DNA from: Methanothermococcus sp. SCGC AD-155-E23
GTDB taxonomy: Archaea > AGJL01 > Methanococci > Methanococcales > Methanococcaceae
NCBI GenBank assembly: GCA_019561615.1
Contig: JAHEQA010000014.1
Location: forward strand, 1 to 17,220
Reading direction: 5' to 3'
DNA: 17,220 bases
Of the stretch, positions 1 through 8,922 are shown piece by piece. Below the pieces are notes generated by a model, which did no database searches, was not told the origin of the DNA, and was given only the letters and a program-made list of their open reading frames with translations. The first letter of the stretch is position 1, and every line of letters begins with the position of its first letter. The position numbers were made by a program, and so were the translations under genes.

Positions 1-141
1 CTGTCTATAAGGGATCTTGAGGGAGAAAGGATAAGGCTGAAAAGTAAATTAGACAGGATAAAAAAAGAGATAAAGTCCCTGGATAAACAGAAAAGGCAGT
101 TATTCAAAGAGGGGATAGGTGCCGATACCCTGACAAAGAAG
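1..141 (+). pseudogene. N-terminal fragment (5'-partial) of a coiled-coil, ESCRT-III-like protein paralogous to 15739..16335, fused in frame to the ino1 fragment
   Basis: Frame 1 is open from base 1: LSIRDLEGERIRLKSKLDRIKKEIKSLDKQKRQLFKEGIGADTLTKK. The first 38 aa align without gaps to [38 protein letters not shown] (16284-16171, minus) with 9/38 identities and a matching hydrophobic heptad pattern. It does not resemble the Rossmann-fold segment expected here in Ino1. Confidence 0.65.
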
Positions 142-861
142 GAGTTGATAAAGGCTATAGAGAAGGACGAGAGAGAGAGGTTAACTGCAACACAGGTATA
201 CACCTACGCCGCCTCACTTTACGCCCAGGATGTAGGAGGAGCTGCATTTATAAATGCCATTCCAACCCTCATAGCTAATGACAGGGCATTCCTTGAACTT
301 GCAGAGGAGAGTAACCTAGTTATCTTTGGAGACGATGGTGCTACTGGTGCAACACCTTTAACTGCAGATATACTGGCCCATCTTGCCCAGAGGAACAGGT
401 ACGTTAGAAGTATAGTCCAGTTTAACATAGGTGGAAATACAGACTTCCTGGCGTTGACTCATAAGGAGAGAAATAGAAGTAAGGAGTATACAAAATCTAG
501 TGTTGTAAAGGATATCCTAGGTTACGAAGTTCCCCACTACATAAGACCAACAGGTTACCTTGAACCCCTTGGAGATAGGAAGTTTATATCCATGCATATT
601 GAGTATATCAGTTTTAACGGAGCCTTAGATGAACTTATCATAAATGGTAGGATAAACGACAGTCCTGCACTAGCTGGACTCCTTGTGGATCTAGTGAGAC
701 TAGGTAAGATAGCTGTTGATAGAGGAGAATGGGGAACAGTGTATGAGGTTAACGCCTTCTATATGAAGAACCCAGGACCAGTGGAGAAGGGTAACATACC
801 TAGAATTATCGCCTACGAGAAGATGCGTCTCTGGGCAGGGCTTAAAACCAAGTGGTGGTAA
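142..861 (+). pseudogene. ino1: myo-inositol-1-phosphate synthase, C-terminal ~240 aa only (N-terminal NAD-binding part replaced)
   Basis: Motifs FINAIPT, GDDGATGAT, QFNIGGNTDF, SKEYTKS, LGDRKF, INDSPALAG and FYMKNP match the archaeal (Thermococcales-like) IPS. The TTG at 145 is an internal codon of a longer open frame with no GxGxxG start. Product identity is confident; the truncation is inferred. Confidence 0.85.
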
Positions 862-867
862 TTCCTA

Positions 868-877
868 TTTTTTTTTT
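868..877 (+). terminator. oligo-T tract, putative archaeal intrinsic terminator
   Basis: Run of 10 T starting 7 nt after the ino1 stop, just before the GGTGA RBS (881-885) of tatD. Confidence 0.45.
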
Positions 878-891
878 ATTGGTGAGAGGTA

Positions 892-1644
892 ATGGATAGA
901 GGGTACATAGATGCCCACTGCCATCTAGAGGATAAGAGGTTTAACAGGGATAGGGAGGAAGTTATAAAGGCCTGTAGGGAAAGGGGGATAGAGGTTGTTA
1001 CAAGTGGTGTAGGTATTGGAGGTTGTAGAAGGGCCCTAGAGATTAAGAGGAAGTATAGGGATATTCATCTTACCCTAGGTTTTCACCCCCACAGTGTAAG
1101 GGCAGATGACAGGGTTGTAGAGGAGGTATGTAATATCATAAGGGAGAGTGAGAGGGATATAGTTGCAGTGGGGGAGGTGGGATTGGATATAAGGGATGAG
1201 AACCTTCCCCGCCAGAAGGCCATATTTCAGAGGTTTATATCCCTGGCTGAGGAATTAGATAAACCCCTGGTAATCCATGGAAGGGGATTGGAGAGGGAGT
1301 GTTACAACATGGTAAACAACAGGGTAATATCCATGTTCCACTGCTACAGTGGAGACGAGAGACTTGCCAGGGAGTTGATAGAGAATGGACACTATGTATC
1401 CATCTCTACACTGGTATGTATATCTCCCCATCACAGGGAACTTGTTAAAAATCTAGACCTTGAAAATATCCTGGTGGAGACGGATAGCCCCTACCTCTCC
1501 CCTGTGAGAGGTGAGAGGAATACACCCCTCAATGTAGTAAGGGTTGTGGAGGAGATATACAGGATAAAGAGGGAGGAGGGCTACACCTACAAGGAGGTTG
1601 TTAAATCCCTATACAACAATGCAAAGAGTTTCTTCAATATATAA
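892..1644 (+). CDS. tatD: TatD family metal-dependent DNase/hydrolase
   Basis: Motifs IDAHCH, GFHP, AVGEVGLD, PLVIH, FHCYSG and ETDSPY; GGTGAGAGG RBS. Confidence 0.93.
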   Translation: MDRGYIDAHCHLEDKRFNRDREEVIKACRERGIEVVTSGVGIGGCRRALEIKRKYRDIHLTLGFHPHSVRADDRVVEEVCNIIRESERDIVAVGEVGLDIRDENLPRQKAIFQRFISLAEELDKPLVIHGRGLERECYNMVNNRVISMFHCYSGDERLARELIENGHYVSISTLVCISPHHRELVKNLDLENILVETDSPYLSPVRGERNTPLNVVRVVEEIYRIKREEGYTYKEVVKSLYNNAKSFFNI

Positions 1645-1653
1645 GGTGGAGAT

Positions 1654-1956
1654 ATGGGTAACCATGAACATGTGGCAAGACTTATAACCATACTCTCTGT
1701 TGAGGAGGGACTGAAGACAGAGTTGGCCTACCCTATAAGGATTAGAGCTATGATAGAGGGGAGGCCTTTAAAAAAAGAGGATACTGTAGCTATACTACAT
1801 ATACTGGGGACTACAAGTTACCAGGTCTTCTTCCTAGAGGATAAAAGGAGTCTAGAGGTTATAAAGTCAGAGTTGGATAAGATGGGAGTCTCCCTTAACT
1901 ACGACTCAGAGAGGGTCTTAGAGAGATACTTAGAGAGGAAGAATAGACAGGGGTAA
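1654..1956 (+). CDS. DUF749 family protein (MTH1880-like)
   Basis: 100 aa with pattern DTVAILHILGTTSYQVFFL...IKSELDKMGVSLN, recalled from methanogen DUF749; AGGTGGAG RBS; sits next to a DUF2096 gene. Confidence 0.75.
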   Translation: MGNHEHVARLITILSVEEGLKTELAYPIRIRAMIEGRPLKKEDTVAILHILGTTSYQVFFLEDKRSLEVIKSELDKMGVSLNYDSERVLERYLERKNRQG

Positions 1957-1957
1957 A

Positions 1958-2512
1958 ATGGATGTAAAAAGAAGTGCCCATGGTATTGACAAACAGTGGG
2001 TTGTACTTAATGAATTAGCCTTCCTCCTCCTTAAACAGGGTAAAGAAGTGCCTGAGGAGGTTTTCTCCAGATTGAGAATTGCAAAGAGTATAATCTCCTA
2101 CTATCTACTAGATGGGCATGCCCCTTTTGATATCCTATTGAAGGCCAACAACGAGCTCTCAAAGGTACAGTCCCTACTCTTTCCACTTTGTGAGGAGGAT
2201 ATTGCAAGGGAGTACATGGAGAAACTTAGAAGGGCCATGATGGATAGTTTAGATGTGAAGTTCCCCCTAGATAGAAACCCCTTCAACCTGGAGGTGAAAA
2301 GGAGAGGTAATGTCCAATCTATAAGGGTTAGATTAGATGGGGAACTTCAGCCTGAGATCCTAAGTAACCTCAGTGAGTGGTACGGCGTAATTTTTGAGTA
2401 CAGTAAGGAGTTAGACAACTGTATAGTAATCGAGGGGGAGGAGGGCAGGGTGAAAGATGCACTGAGAGACTTCTCCACTATATGGAGGTTTTTAAAGGAG
2501 AACTCAGTGTAA
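1958..2512 (+). CDS. DUF2096 family protein
   Basis: N-terminal IDKQWVVLNEL motif and C-terminal IRVRL...LSEWYGVIFE...IEGEEGRVKDAL; starts 1 nt after the previous stop. Confidence 0.75.
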   Translation: MDVKRSAHGIDKQWVVLNELAFLLLKQGKEVPEEVFSRLRIAKSIISYYLLDGHAPFDILLKANNELSKVQSLLFPLCEEDIAREYMEKLRRAMMDSLDVKFPLDRNPFNLEVKRRGNVQSIRVRLDGELQPEILSNLSEWYGVIFEYSKELDNCIVIEGEEGRVKDALRDFSTIWRFLKENSV

Positions 2513-3100
2513 TCAATGTTTGAGCAAGTTGATTTTATTGATAAGGGATTCCTCAGATTCCTCCTTGGAACCCTCTTCCTCCTTTTCATTTATTTTTTTC
2601 TCCTTTTTTTTCGCTAACTTCTCCTTGTCAAAGGTAAAGTCATCCTCTATCTTTATTACATGGTCTGCAATATTCTGAATTGCCAAACTGAAGCCAGGCT
2701 CTGCACCTATTACTATGATCTTCTTACCATGTTCCTTGGCCTTCCTCATGGCAGGTAGAAAGTCGGCATCCCTGGTCATATAGGCGATAGTATCTATGTT
2801 CTTGTTGAATATTAACTCTGTACCCTCTACAGCCATCTCCACATCCACATCTCCAGCGGTGACCCGTGGTTCAAAACCTTGATTTGTAATGGCCTCAATT
2901 AACTTATCAGATGCATACTGATTTAGATATACCCTTCCTATTACAATCTTTCCAAACTTACTTAGAACCTCCCTTATCTTATCTAGGTCAATGTTGAACT
3001 CCTTCCTTAACATATTTGGCCCATCTATCAACAGCGCTATCCTATCCCTGCCCTCCTCCTCACCCTTTTTAATACAGATCCTCTTTAACTTTCCCCACAT
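2513..3100 (-). CDS. NYN domain protein (TIGR00288/LabA-like, PIN-fold)
   Basis: Acidic motifs [23 protein letters not shown] and IADHVI; K/E-rich low-complexity tail. Confidence 0.9.
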   Translation of the reverse strand: MWGKLKRICIKKGEEEGRDRIALLIDGPNMLRKEFNIDLDKIREVLSKFGKIVIGRVYLNQYASDKLIEAITNQGFEPRVTAGDVDVEMAVEGTELIFNKNIDTIAYMTRDADFLPAMRKAKEHGKKIIVIGAEPGFSLAIQNIADHVIKIEDDFTFDKEKLAKKKEKKINEKEEEGSKEESEESLINKINLLKH

Positions 3101-3109
3101 ACTACCACC

Positions 3110-3907
3110 CTATGGGGTATTTAATATCTTTTCGTATCTCCTTTTAAAGTCCTCGATATTCTTTATTGTGGTATCCAGGGTAAGAGGTGTCAGTGAGATG
3201 TGCCTCTTCTTCCTAAGGACGTAGACATCTGTACCCTCCTCTTCGTCCTCTACAGGTTCTCCCCCTATCCAGTAGTACTTCCTACCTCTAGGATCCTCCC
3301 TCTCCTCTATACAGGTGGTGTACATCCTCCTTCCCAACCTGGTGATCTCTATAGGAGTCTTCTCTGTGGCACCCTCTGGGATATTGAGGTTTATCACGTC
3401 ACAGGGGAAGTCCTGATCTAAATACTTTTTAACTACTTTGACCACGATCTTAGCTGGAGTTATAAAGTCTATTGGCATCTCCCCCTCCTTAAACTTCAGA
3501 TGATCCTTTGAAATCTGGAGGGAGCAGGCCAGTGCCTTTGCCCCATGATGAGCTCCTTCAAAGGCAGCCCCTAAGGTTCCAGAAGTTGTTATCTCTGTCC
3601 CTAAGTTCTCCCCTACATTTATACCTGAGATGACAATATCTGGCACCTTCTTAAGTATCTTGTAGATGCCTAGGATAACACAGTCTGTAGGGGTACCTGA
3701 TACTGCATACCCGTAGTCTCCATCAGCCAACCTGGTCTTAGTGATTCTCAGTGGAACAAAGAGACTTATAGCCCTACCTACTCCACTTTGTTGATTTGTA
3801 GGAGCTACTATAGTAACCTTTGCATCTAACTCCTCAGTTAATACAGACTTGAGAGCCAGTAATCCGTTAGAGTATATACCGTCATCGTTAACGAGAAGTA
3901 TCTCCAT
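3110..3907 (-). CDS. surE: 5'/3'-nucleotidase SurE
   Basis: Motifs ILLVNDDG, QQSGVG, SGTPTDCV, SGINVGEN, SGTLGAA, EDPRGRKYYW and ISLTPL. Start placed at ATG 3907 (GGTGAT RBS) rather than 3925. Confidence 0.95.
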   Translation of the reverse strand: MEILLVNDDGIYSNGLLALKSVLTEELDAKVTIVAPTNQQSGVGRAISLFVPLRITKTRLADGDYGYAVSGTPTDCVILGIYKILKKVPDIVISGINVGENLGTEITTSGTLGAAFEGAHHGAKALACSLQISKDHLKFKEGEMPIDFITPAKIVVKVVKKYLDQDFPCDVINLNIPEGATEKTPIEITRLGRRMYTTCIEEREDPRGRKYYWIGGEPVEDEEEGTDVYVLRKKRHISLTPLTLDTTIKNIEDFKRRYEKILNTP

Positions 3908-3959
3908 AAGATCACCGTTAATCATTTGTGAAGTGATAAAATCCTTAGATAAAAATAGT

Positions 3960-4000
3960 CAAATACTACAATAATAAAAGTATTATAAAAATTTTTACGG
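3960..4000. promoter_or_regulatory. AT-rich divergent promoter region between surE and the wHTH regulator, with candidate BRE/TATA
   Basis: AAAAG followed by TATTATAAAA at 3976-3990, about 40 nt upstream of ATG 4030; palindrome TAAAAATTTTTA at 3986-3997. Confidence 0.45.
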
Positions 4001-4029
4001 TTTTTGTTTCCTTTATCCCTGGTGATTTT

Positions 4030-4812
4030 ATGAAAAAAAGGAATATCACGGAGTTTCAGATACTCTCGGAGATAGTGAGGAAACAACCCCATATAAAACA
4101 GAGGGAGATTGCAGAGGCCTTGGGGATAACTGTCCAGGGGGTATCTGAGCATATAAGGAATTTACTTAGGAAAGGGTATATAACCTCCAGGGGTAGGGGG
4201 AAGTATGTCCTTACAGACAAGGGTATACGGGTCTTGAAAAACTGGATATCTCAATTTAGGGACTACCTGGAGGAGGTTAACAGGAACATATACAGGTACA
4301 AGGATATATGGCCTGCCATAGCCTATGAGGATATTGAAGATGGGGATAGGGTATACCTGTTTATGAAGAGGGGTTTACTCTACGCCTCAAAACATGTTAA
4401 AACCCCATCTACAGCAGAGGTTGTAGAGGGAGGTAGAAAGGGGGAGGACATAGCTATAACCAACATAGAGGGTATAATAGAGATGGAGAAGGGGAAGGTG
4501 ACAGTTATAAGGATACCTCCCAGGATAAATGGTGGTTCCAAAAATGTAAATTATCACCTTATTAGGGAGGTTTTAGATAGAAACAGGGATGCTGTAGTGG
4601 CTAGTATGGGGACTGTTCCCTATGTAGTCTCCCAGAAGTTAAAGGTAACACCTGAGATAAGGTTTGCAGTTCTAGAGGGTATTGTCAAGGCCTGTGAGAG
4701 AGGTTGTGATGTTGTATGCCTGGTAACTGGGAGGATGACAGAGAGGGTTGTCAAGGTGTTAGACAGTAACAAGATAAAGTATACTGTACTAGATGCTACA
4801 AGAAGTAGTTAA
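4030..4812 (+). CDS. archaeal winged helix-turn-helix transcriptional regulator (COG1497-like)
   Basis: N-terminal HTH QREIAEALGITVQGVSEHIRNL, wing GRGKYVLTDKG, and a C-terminal domain beginning WPAIA; GGTGAT RBS. Confidence 0.85.
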   Translation: MKKRNITEFQILSEIVRKQPHIKQREIAEALGITVQGVSEHIRNLLRKGYITSRGRGKYVLTDKGIRVLKNWISQFRDYLEEVNRNIYRYKDIWPAIAYEDIEDGDRVYLFMKRGLLYASKHVKTPSTAEVVEGGRKGEDIAITNIEGIIEMEKGKVTVIRIPPRINGGSKNVNYHLIREVLDRNRDAVVASMGTVPYVVSQKLKVTPEIRFAVLEGIVKACERGCDVVCLVTGRMTERVVKVLDSNKIKYTVLDATRSS

Positions 4813-5731
4813 GTACGTAGAGTAGATATACCCCAAAGAGTATTAGGCCATCTATCCTCTCTATTTTAAAACATCCCTTATTTAAGAGTTTCATCTTACT
4901 TATAATAATTACCATAAGTACTGTAAAGAGTAGGTGGATAAGGAGTTCAAATCTCGTTGGAGGTATATAGGTTATAATACTTGAGAGGGCTAAGGCACAG
5001 CCAACGTTTACCATGTTACTACCTATGACGTTTCCAAGGACTATATCTCCAAGTCTCCTCCTTATGGCAGAGAGGGACACTGCAATCTCAGGTAGGGAGG
5101 TACCAAATGCTACAAGGGTGAACCCTATCACCTTCTCAGGTACCCCCAGAAACAGGGCAATATCCCGGGCTCCATCTATGAATAACTTACTTCCTACAAA
5201 TATACTGAGAAGTCCAATAATGATTAAGATCACAGCCAAGACCATGGGGATATCCTTTTTACCCCTCTTCTCCTCACCTATAAACTCCCTCCTCTTTAAG
5301 GTATAGGCTACATAACATAGGAATAGTAGGAAGAGTACAACCCCATCTATGACGTTAAAACCGTCGTATCCCAGGATAAAGAGTAGGAGGGAGTAGAGGA
5401 GGTAGAGGTAGATGTTTCTTATTATGGATTCCTGCTTTATTACTATGGGATAGATAATGGCACATAGTCCAAGTACAAATCCAATATTTACAATACAACT
5501 TCCAAGGGCATTTCCCAGGGCTATCATAGGTAGGTTCCTGTATAGGGCATACAAGGTGGTGACTACCTCGGGAAGGGAGGTACCAAATGCAACTATCGTT
5601 GCCCCTATGACAAAGTTCGAAATTTTAAAATACCTGGCTATCCTGGTGTTTCCCAGTATAAACCAGTCACTTCCATAGTTCAACAGTCCCAACCCTATAA
5701 GAAGCATTAAAACACTTAGGAAGATCTCCAC
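4796..5731 (-). CDS. Ca2+/Na+ antiporter (CaCA family, YrbG/NCX_Mj-like)
   Basis: Two alpha-repeats, GTSLPE...GNALGS and GTSLPE...GNVIGSN; about 10 hydrophobic segments; GTG start with GGTGA RBS. Confidence 0.93.
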   Translation of the reverse strand: MEIFLSVLMLLIGLGLLNYGSDWFILGNTRIARYFKISNFVIGATIVAFGTSLPEVVTTLYALYRNLPMIALGNALGSCIVNIGFVLGLCAIIYPIVIKQESIIRNIYLYLLYSLLLFILGYDGFNVIDGVVLFLLFLCYVAYTLKRREFIGEEKRGKKDIPMVLAVILIIIGLLSIFVGSKLFIDGARDIALFLGVPEKVIGFTLVAFGTSLPEIAVSLSAIRRRLGDIVLGNVIGSNMVNVGCALALSSIITYIPPTRFELLIHLLFTVLMVIIISKMKLLNKGCFKIERIDGLILFGVYLLYVLNYFL

Positions 5732-5757
5732 ACTTTCACCAAAAACAGTGAAGGGAT

Positions 5758-6957
5758 TTACACCTCCTTCACCTTCTCCCTCTTAACCATTCTAAACTTC
5801 CTACCCCCACATTCACAGGTTAAATCCTCAATAACCACGCTCTTACCATCCACCCTGTAAATTTTACCACACTTTAAACATCTGTAGTACCTTATCGTAG
5901 GTCTTACCTCCCCTGTGTATAACTTGTCTAGATCTATCTCCTCCTTCTTAAATTTTTTTAAATCCTTACCTATCAACCTTGCCAGGAAGGTGGTGTTTCC
6001 TATTATCTCGGAACCCTCGTAGATGTTGAACCCTGGTATAAGTTCGTATATGGCAAAGTTCATGGTGTTTACAATCCTTTGGACCTCTAGATACTCCTCC
6101 ACAGGCTTATGGGAGAAGGCAAGATAGAGCACCCCTCTCCCTCCCTCTCCCAAACCTTCAACACCTCTAGAGAGGAAGAGCTTTAAACCATCTAGGGTAT
6201 AAGGGGGATCTGTAAATACAGTATCAAATTTTCCCCAGTATTTCCTATCTAACTCCTCCCTGAAGTCATGTTTAACTGTTTCGATATTTAGCCCCTCCCT
6301 CCTAGAAACCTCATCTATAAGTTTTAAAAGTCTCTCGTCTATGTCCATCACTACAACCTCCTCTGGAAACCCTGTCATTGCCGTAGGTAGGGAAGTTAAG
6401 TCGTCATCCCCAATAAACAGTACCCTCTTCCCCTCTAGATCACCCCTGTCAGCCATAAGGGCACCCCTGTATACTGCAGTCTCTGGGGTGGCATGGGACT
6501 GATCAATCCTTGTATTTACAGTGGGTCTAAGTCTTGCATACTCCCTATGTTTTTTAAGTATCTCCCTGAATCTCTCATCTAGGACAATCCCCCTTCCCCC
6601 ACAGGTTGGACACTTTAGATCTCTTTTCATCCTAAATCCTAGATTGTTCTCTACTAGTTTCCTCCCGTACTCTGTATACGTGGCCCCCCTCTCATCCCTT
6701 TTTAGTATCCTATGTCTCTCCAGGATACTCCTTACCTTACTTACAACAGGTAGTGGTAACTTGGTGTATTGTCCTATTCTCTTTGTAGAGATAGGTTCAT
6801 TCCTGTAGATACATCTAAGTATACCCTCTATGGCCTCAACACCCTCAGATACCTTTACCCTCTCTGCTACCCTTCTTAGAAAGGTCTTAAACCTCTCCCT
6901 CTCTGAGAGGTCCAGGTGACTCTCCACCCTATTTCCCATCTTCCCTATTATCTTCAT
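5758..6957 (-). CDS. BpsA-family (DUF43) aminopropyltransferase/methyltransferase-like paralogue with C-terminal zinc ribbon
   Basis: Motifs DQSHATPET, RGDLEGK, FIGDDDLTS, DIDERL and FDTVFTDPPY; internal CPTC; C-terminal CLKC...CEC. Confidence 0.85.
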   Translation of the reverse strand: MKIIGKMGNRVESHLDLSERERFKTFLRRVAERVKVSEGVEAIEGILRCIYRNEPISTKRIGQYTKLPLPVVSKVRSILERHRILKRDERGATYTEYGRKLVENNLGFRMKRDLKCPTCGGRGIVLDERFREILKKHREYARLRPTVNTRIDQSHATPETAVYRGALMADRGDLEGKRVLFIGDDDLTSLPTAMTGFPEEVVVMDIDERLLKLIDEVSRREGLNIETVKHDFREELDRKYWGKFDTVFTDPPYTLDGLKLFLSRGVEGLGEGGRGVLYLAFSHKPVEEYLEVQRIVNTMNFAIYELIPGFNIYEGSEIIGNTTFLARLIGKDLKKFKKEEIDLDKLYTGEVRPTIRYYRCLKCGKIYRVDGKSVVIEDLTCECGGRKFRMVKREKVKEV

Positions 6958-7346
6958 GGGGAATCCCTTCCTATCAACTCCTTAAAACTTAAGGCTATTG
7001 GGAAGACCTTGGAGTAATCAATGGGATAATCCCTATCCTCCAACTTTAAAAGGTAGGGATCTATAAATAGAATATTCCCCTTTATCTTTAGTGCAAGATA
7101 GGGTCTTGCTCCAAAGGTCTCGGAAAAGAGTAGAAGTTTCAAAACACTCTCCCTTGAGATATATATCTTCTCCTTGGATGTGGATTTACATTCAAAGGCG
7201 TAGATCTCCCCCCTCCTCCCTGCTATAAGGTCCACCCCATGACTCCCTGCACTTCTAACTACTGCAAAACCCTCCCTCTCAAGCATTCTCTTAAGTTCCC
7301 ACTCAAACTTTGCACCTCTCCTATACTTGGAATTACCCCTTCCCAA
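6954..7346 (-). CDS. hjc: archaeal Holliday junction resolvase
   Basis: Motifs YRRGAKFEWEL, GFAVVRSAGS, VDLIA and FECKST (PD-(D/E)xK); TTG start after AGGTG. Confidence 0.93.
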   Translation of the reverse strand: MGRGNSKYRRGAKFEWELKRMLEREGFAVVRSAGSHGVDLIAGRRGEIYAFECKSTSKEKIYISRESVLKLLLFSETFGARPYLALKIKGNILFIDPYLLKLEDRDYPIDYSKVFPIALSFKELIGRDSP

Positions 7347-7356
7347 AATACAACAC

Positions 7357-7821
7357 CTACAGTATCTTGGATAACTCCTCCTCTAATATCTCCTTAAATC
7401 TCTCAACATCTAACTTCTCATATCTACTTAGTATCTTTTTATATCTCCTCTCTATCTCTTCTTCATCTAAGTCACTCCTCTCCAACTCCTCCAACCCCTT
7501 AGATACCCACTCTAGGATCCTCTGCTCAGCCTCCAGCTGGTGGAATCCAAACCTAGGACCTCCTCCCCTGAAAGCCCTACATACCCTTTTATCCCATATA
7601 GGAAATCCCCTGTCCTTACAGAAGATCTTGTTCCTCTCCAAGTTTCTAACGATGTTGGCAACCTTGTCAACAACCTCCTCCTCTCCCTCTATATAGGCCC
7701 CAAAACATGTCTCCTTTACTTTAATATCGTAATCTAGGGAGTTGAGAAATCTGAAGAGTTTTGAGGGGGAGGTTCTCGCATCTTCAGAGAGAACTATAAC
7801 CTTTGTCTTCAAAAGTACCAC
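7357..7821 (-). CDS. methanogenesis marker protein 6 (DUF2102)
   Basis: Motifs VKETCFGAYIEG, KDRGFP, RVCRAFRGGG and GFHQLEAE. True start may be TTG at 7812 (GGGGTGG RBS). Confidence 0.85.
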   Translation of the reverse strand: MVLLKTKVIVLSEDARTSPSKLFRFLNSLDYDIKVKETCFGAYIEGEEEVVDKVANIVRNLERNKIFCKDRGFPIWDKRVCRAFRGGGPRFGFHQLEAEQRILEWVSKGLEELERSDLDEEEIERRYKKILSRYEKLDVERFKEILEEELSKIL

Positions 7822-7851
7822 CCCTATTTTTTAATAGTTTAAGGGCTTATT

Positions 7852-7861
7852 CTTTATAAAG
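7852..7861. promoter_or_regulatory. palindromic TATA-like element CTTTATAAAG in a 47-nt divergent intergenic region
   Basis: Perfect 10-bp palindrome containing TTTATAAA. Spacing best suits the minus-strand marker6-hjc-bpsA-like-antiporter unit. Confidence 0.4.
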
Positions 7862-7868
7862 GGATAGT

Positions 7869-8495
7869 ATGAGGGTTGCAGGCATTGTACTTTCAGGTGG
7901 TAGTGCAAAGAGGTTAGGTGGTGAGAAACCCTTTAGGAGGTTTGGAGAGGGTTACCTCATAGAGGCTCCCATTAAAGTACTTGTGGAGATGAGAATTCCC
8001 TTTGTAGTAGTATTTAAACATCTGAAGTATCTGGGGAGAGGGGACATCCAGAAGATAAGATATATACTAAGTAGGTATAGACAGGGTATAACCTGGGATG
8101 TGGTATACAACAGGGGGCCTGTAGTGGGGATACTCTCTGGCATGAGGGTAATAGATGGGGATTGGATACTTGTACTCCCCTGTGATACCCCCTTTATAAA
8201 TAGAGAGTCCCTGGAAAATCTACTAAGTTATATGGAGACTGCAGAATCTAACAACCACCTGTGTATAGTACCTAGACATGAGAATGGCCATATTGAACCT
8301 CTCTTCTCCCTCTACAGTAGATCCTCTTTAAAGGTGTTGGAGAGGCTCCTGAAGAAGAGAAGGGAATTCCCTCTAAGGGAGTTCATCGAGAGGTTAAATC
8401 CTCTATATATACCTGCTGAGAAGATAGATAGGAGTAAGAGGGTCTTTACAAATATAAATACCTTCCAGGATCTAAGGAGGGCTATTGAAAGGTGA
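7869..8495 (+). CDS. mobA: molybdenum cofactor guanylyltransferase
   Basis: Motifs IVLSGGSAKRLGGEK, GPVVGILSG, LPCDTPFI, IEPLFSLY and FTNINTFQDL. Confidence 0.92.
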   Translation: MRVAGIVLSGGSAKRLGGEKPFRRFGEGYLIEAPIKVLVEMRIPFVVVFKHLKYLGRGDIQKIRYILSRYRQGITWDVVYNRGPVVGILSGMRVIDGDWILVLPCDTPFINRESLENLLSYMETAESNNHLCIVPRHENGHIEPLFSLYSRSSLKVLERLLKKRREFPLREFIERLNPLYIPAEKIDRSKRVFTNINTFQDLRRAIER

Positions 8496-8499
8496 TGAG

Positions 8500-8922
8500 A
8501 TGGGATCCTATATAGGGTACTTCTTTATCCTACTTGGGCTCTTTATTATACTTCTTGAATCTATTTTACCTGGTCTCTACTTCCCAGCAGTGGGGATAGC
8601 CCTAACTATCTACGGTATAATGTTACTCTTTGCACCCTCCCTGGCACTACCCCTTGCCCTCCTTGCAGGGATAATTACAGTGGTTATACTACAGAGTATG
8701 GTTTACAAGGTGAAGGAGGATATAAAGATAGGACCTGAGAAGTTTATAGGAAGGGTTATAGTCTTACCTGTGGACCTAGATGAAAATGGACAGGCCCTTA
8801 TCACCATAGATAACGAGAAGTGGCATATTAAAAGTAGAGAGCCTTTAAAAAAAGGAGATCTTGTTAAGATCGTTGGGATTGAAGGGGTATTTCTCCTTGT
8901 AGAGAAGGTTGAAGACGCCTAA
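8500..8922 (+). CDS. short NfeD family membrane protein (C-terminal OB-fold)
   Basis: Hydrophobic N-terminus with [10 protein letters not shown], then IGRV...[12 protein letters not shown]...[17 protein letters not shown]. Start placed at ATG 8500 (GGTGA RBS). Confidence 0.88.
   Translation: MGSYIGYFFILLGLFIILLESILPGLYFPAVGIALTIYGIMLLFAPSLALPLALLAGIITVVILQSMVYKVKEDIKIGPEKFIGRVIVLPVDLDENGQALITIDNEKWHIKSREPLKKGDLVKIVGIEGVFLLVEKVEDA

Noticed and set aside
145-861. ORF-track start (TTG 145) as a complete 238-aa gene
   Set aside because: The frame is open upstream to base 1 and the product would lack the NAD-binding N-terminus; the TTG is an internal Leu codon.
2560-2620. Homopolymer runs in the NYN gene tail as slippage or phase-variation sites
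   Set aside because: They encode an in-frame Lys/Glu-rich tail after the conserved domain; no frameshift is evident.
3110-3907. SurE as the DIP-phosphate phosphatase of the nearby DIP pathway
   Set aside because: Only loose proximity; it is in a separate transcription unit with a NYN gene, and no sequence feature supports this.
5090-5595. Repeated sequence AGGGAGGTACCAAATGC at about 5095 and about 5575
   Set aside because: It encodes the two AFGTSL alpha-repeats of the CaCA antiporter, a known internal duplication rather than a mobile or CRISPR repeat.
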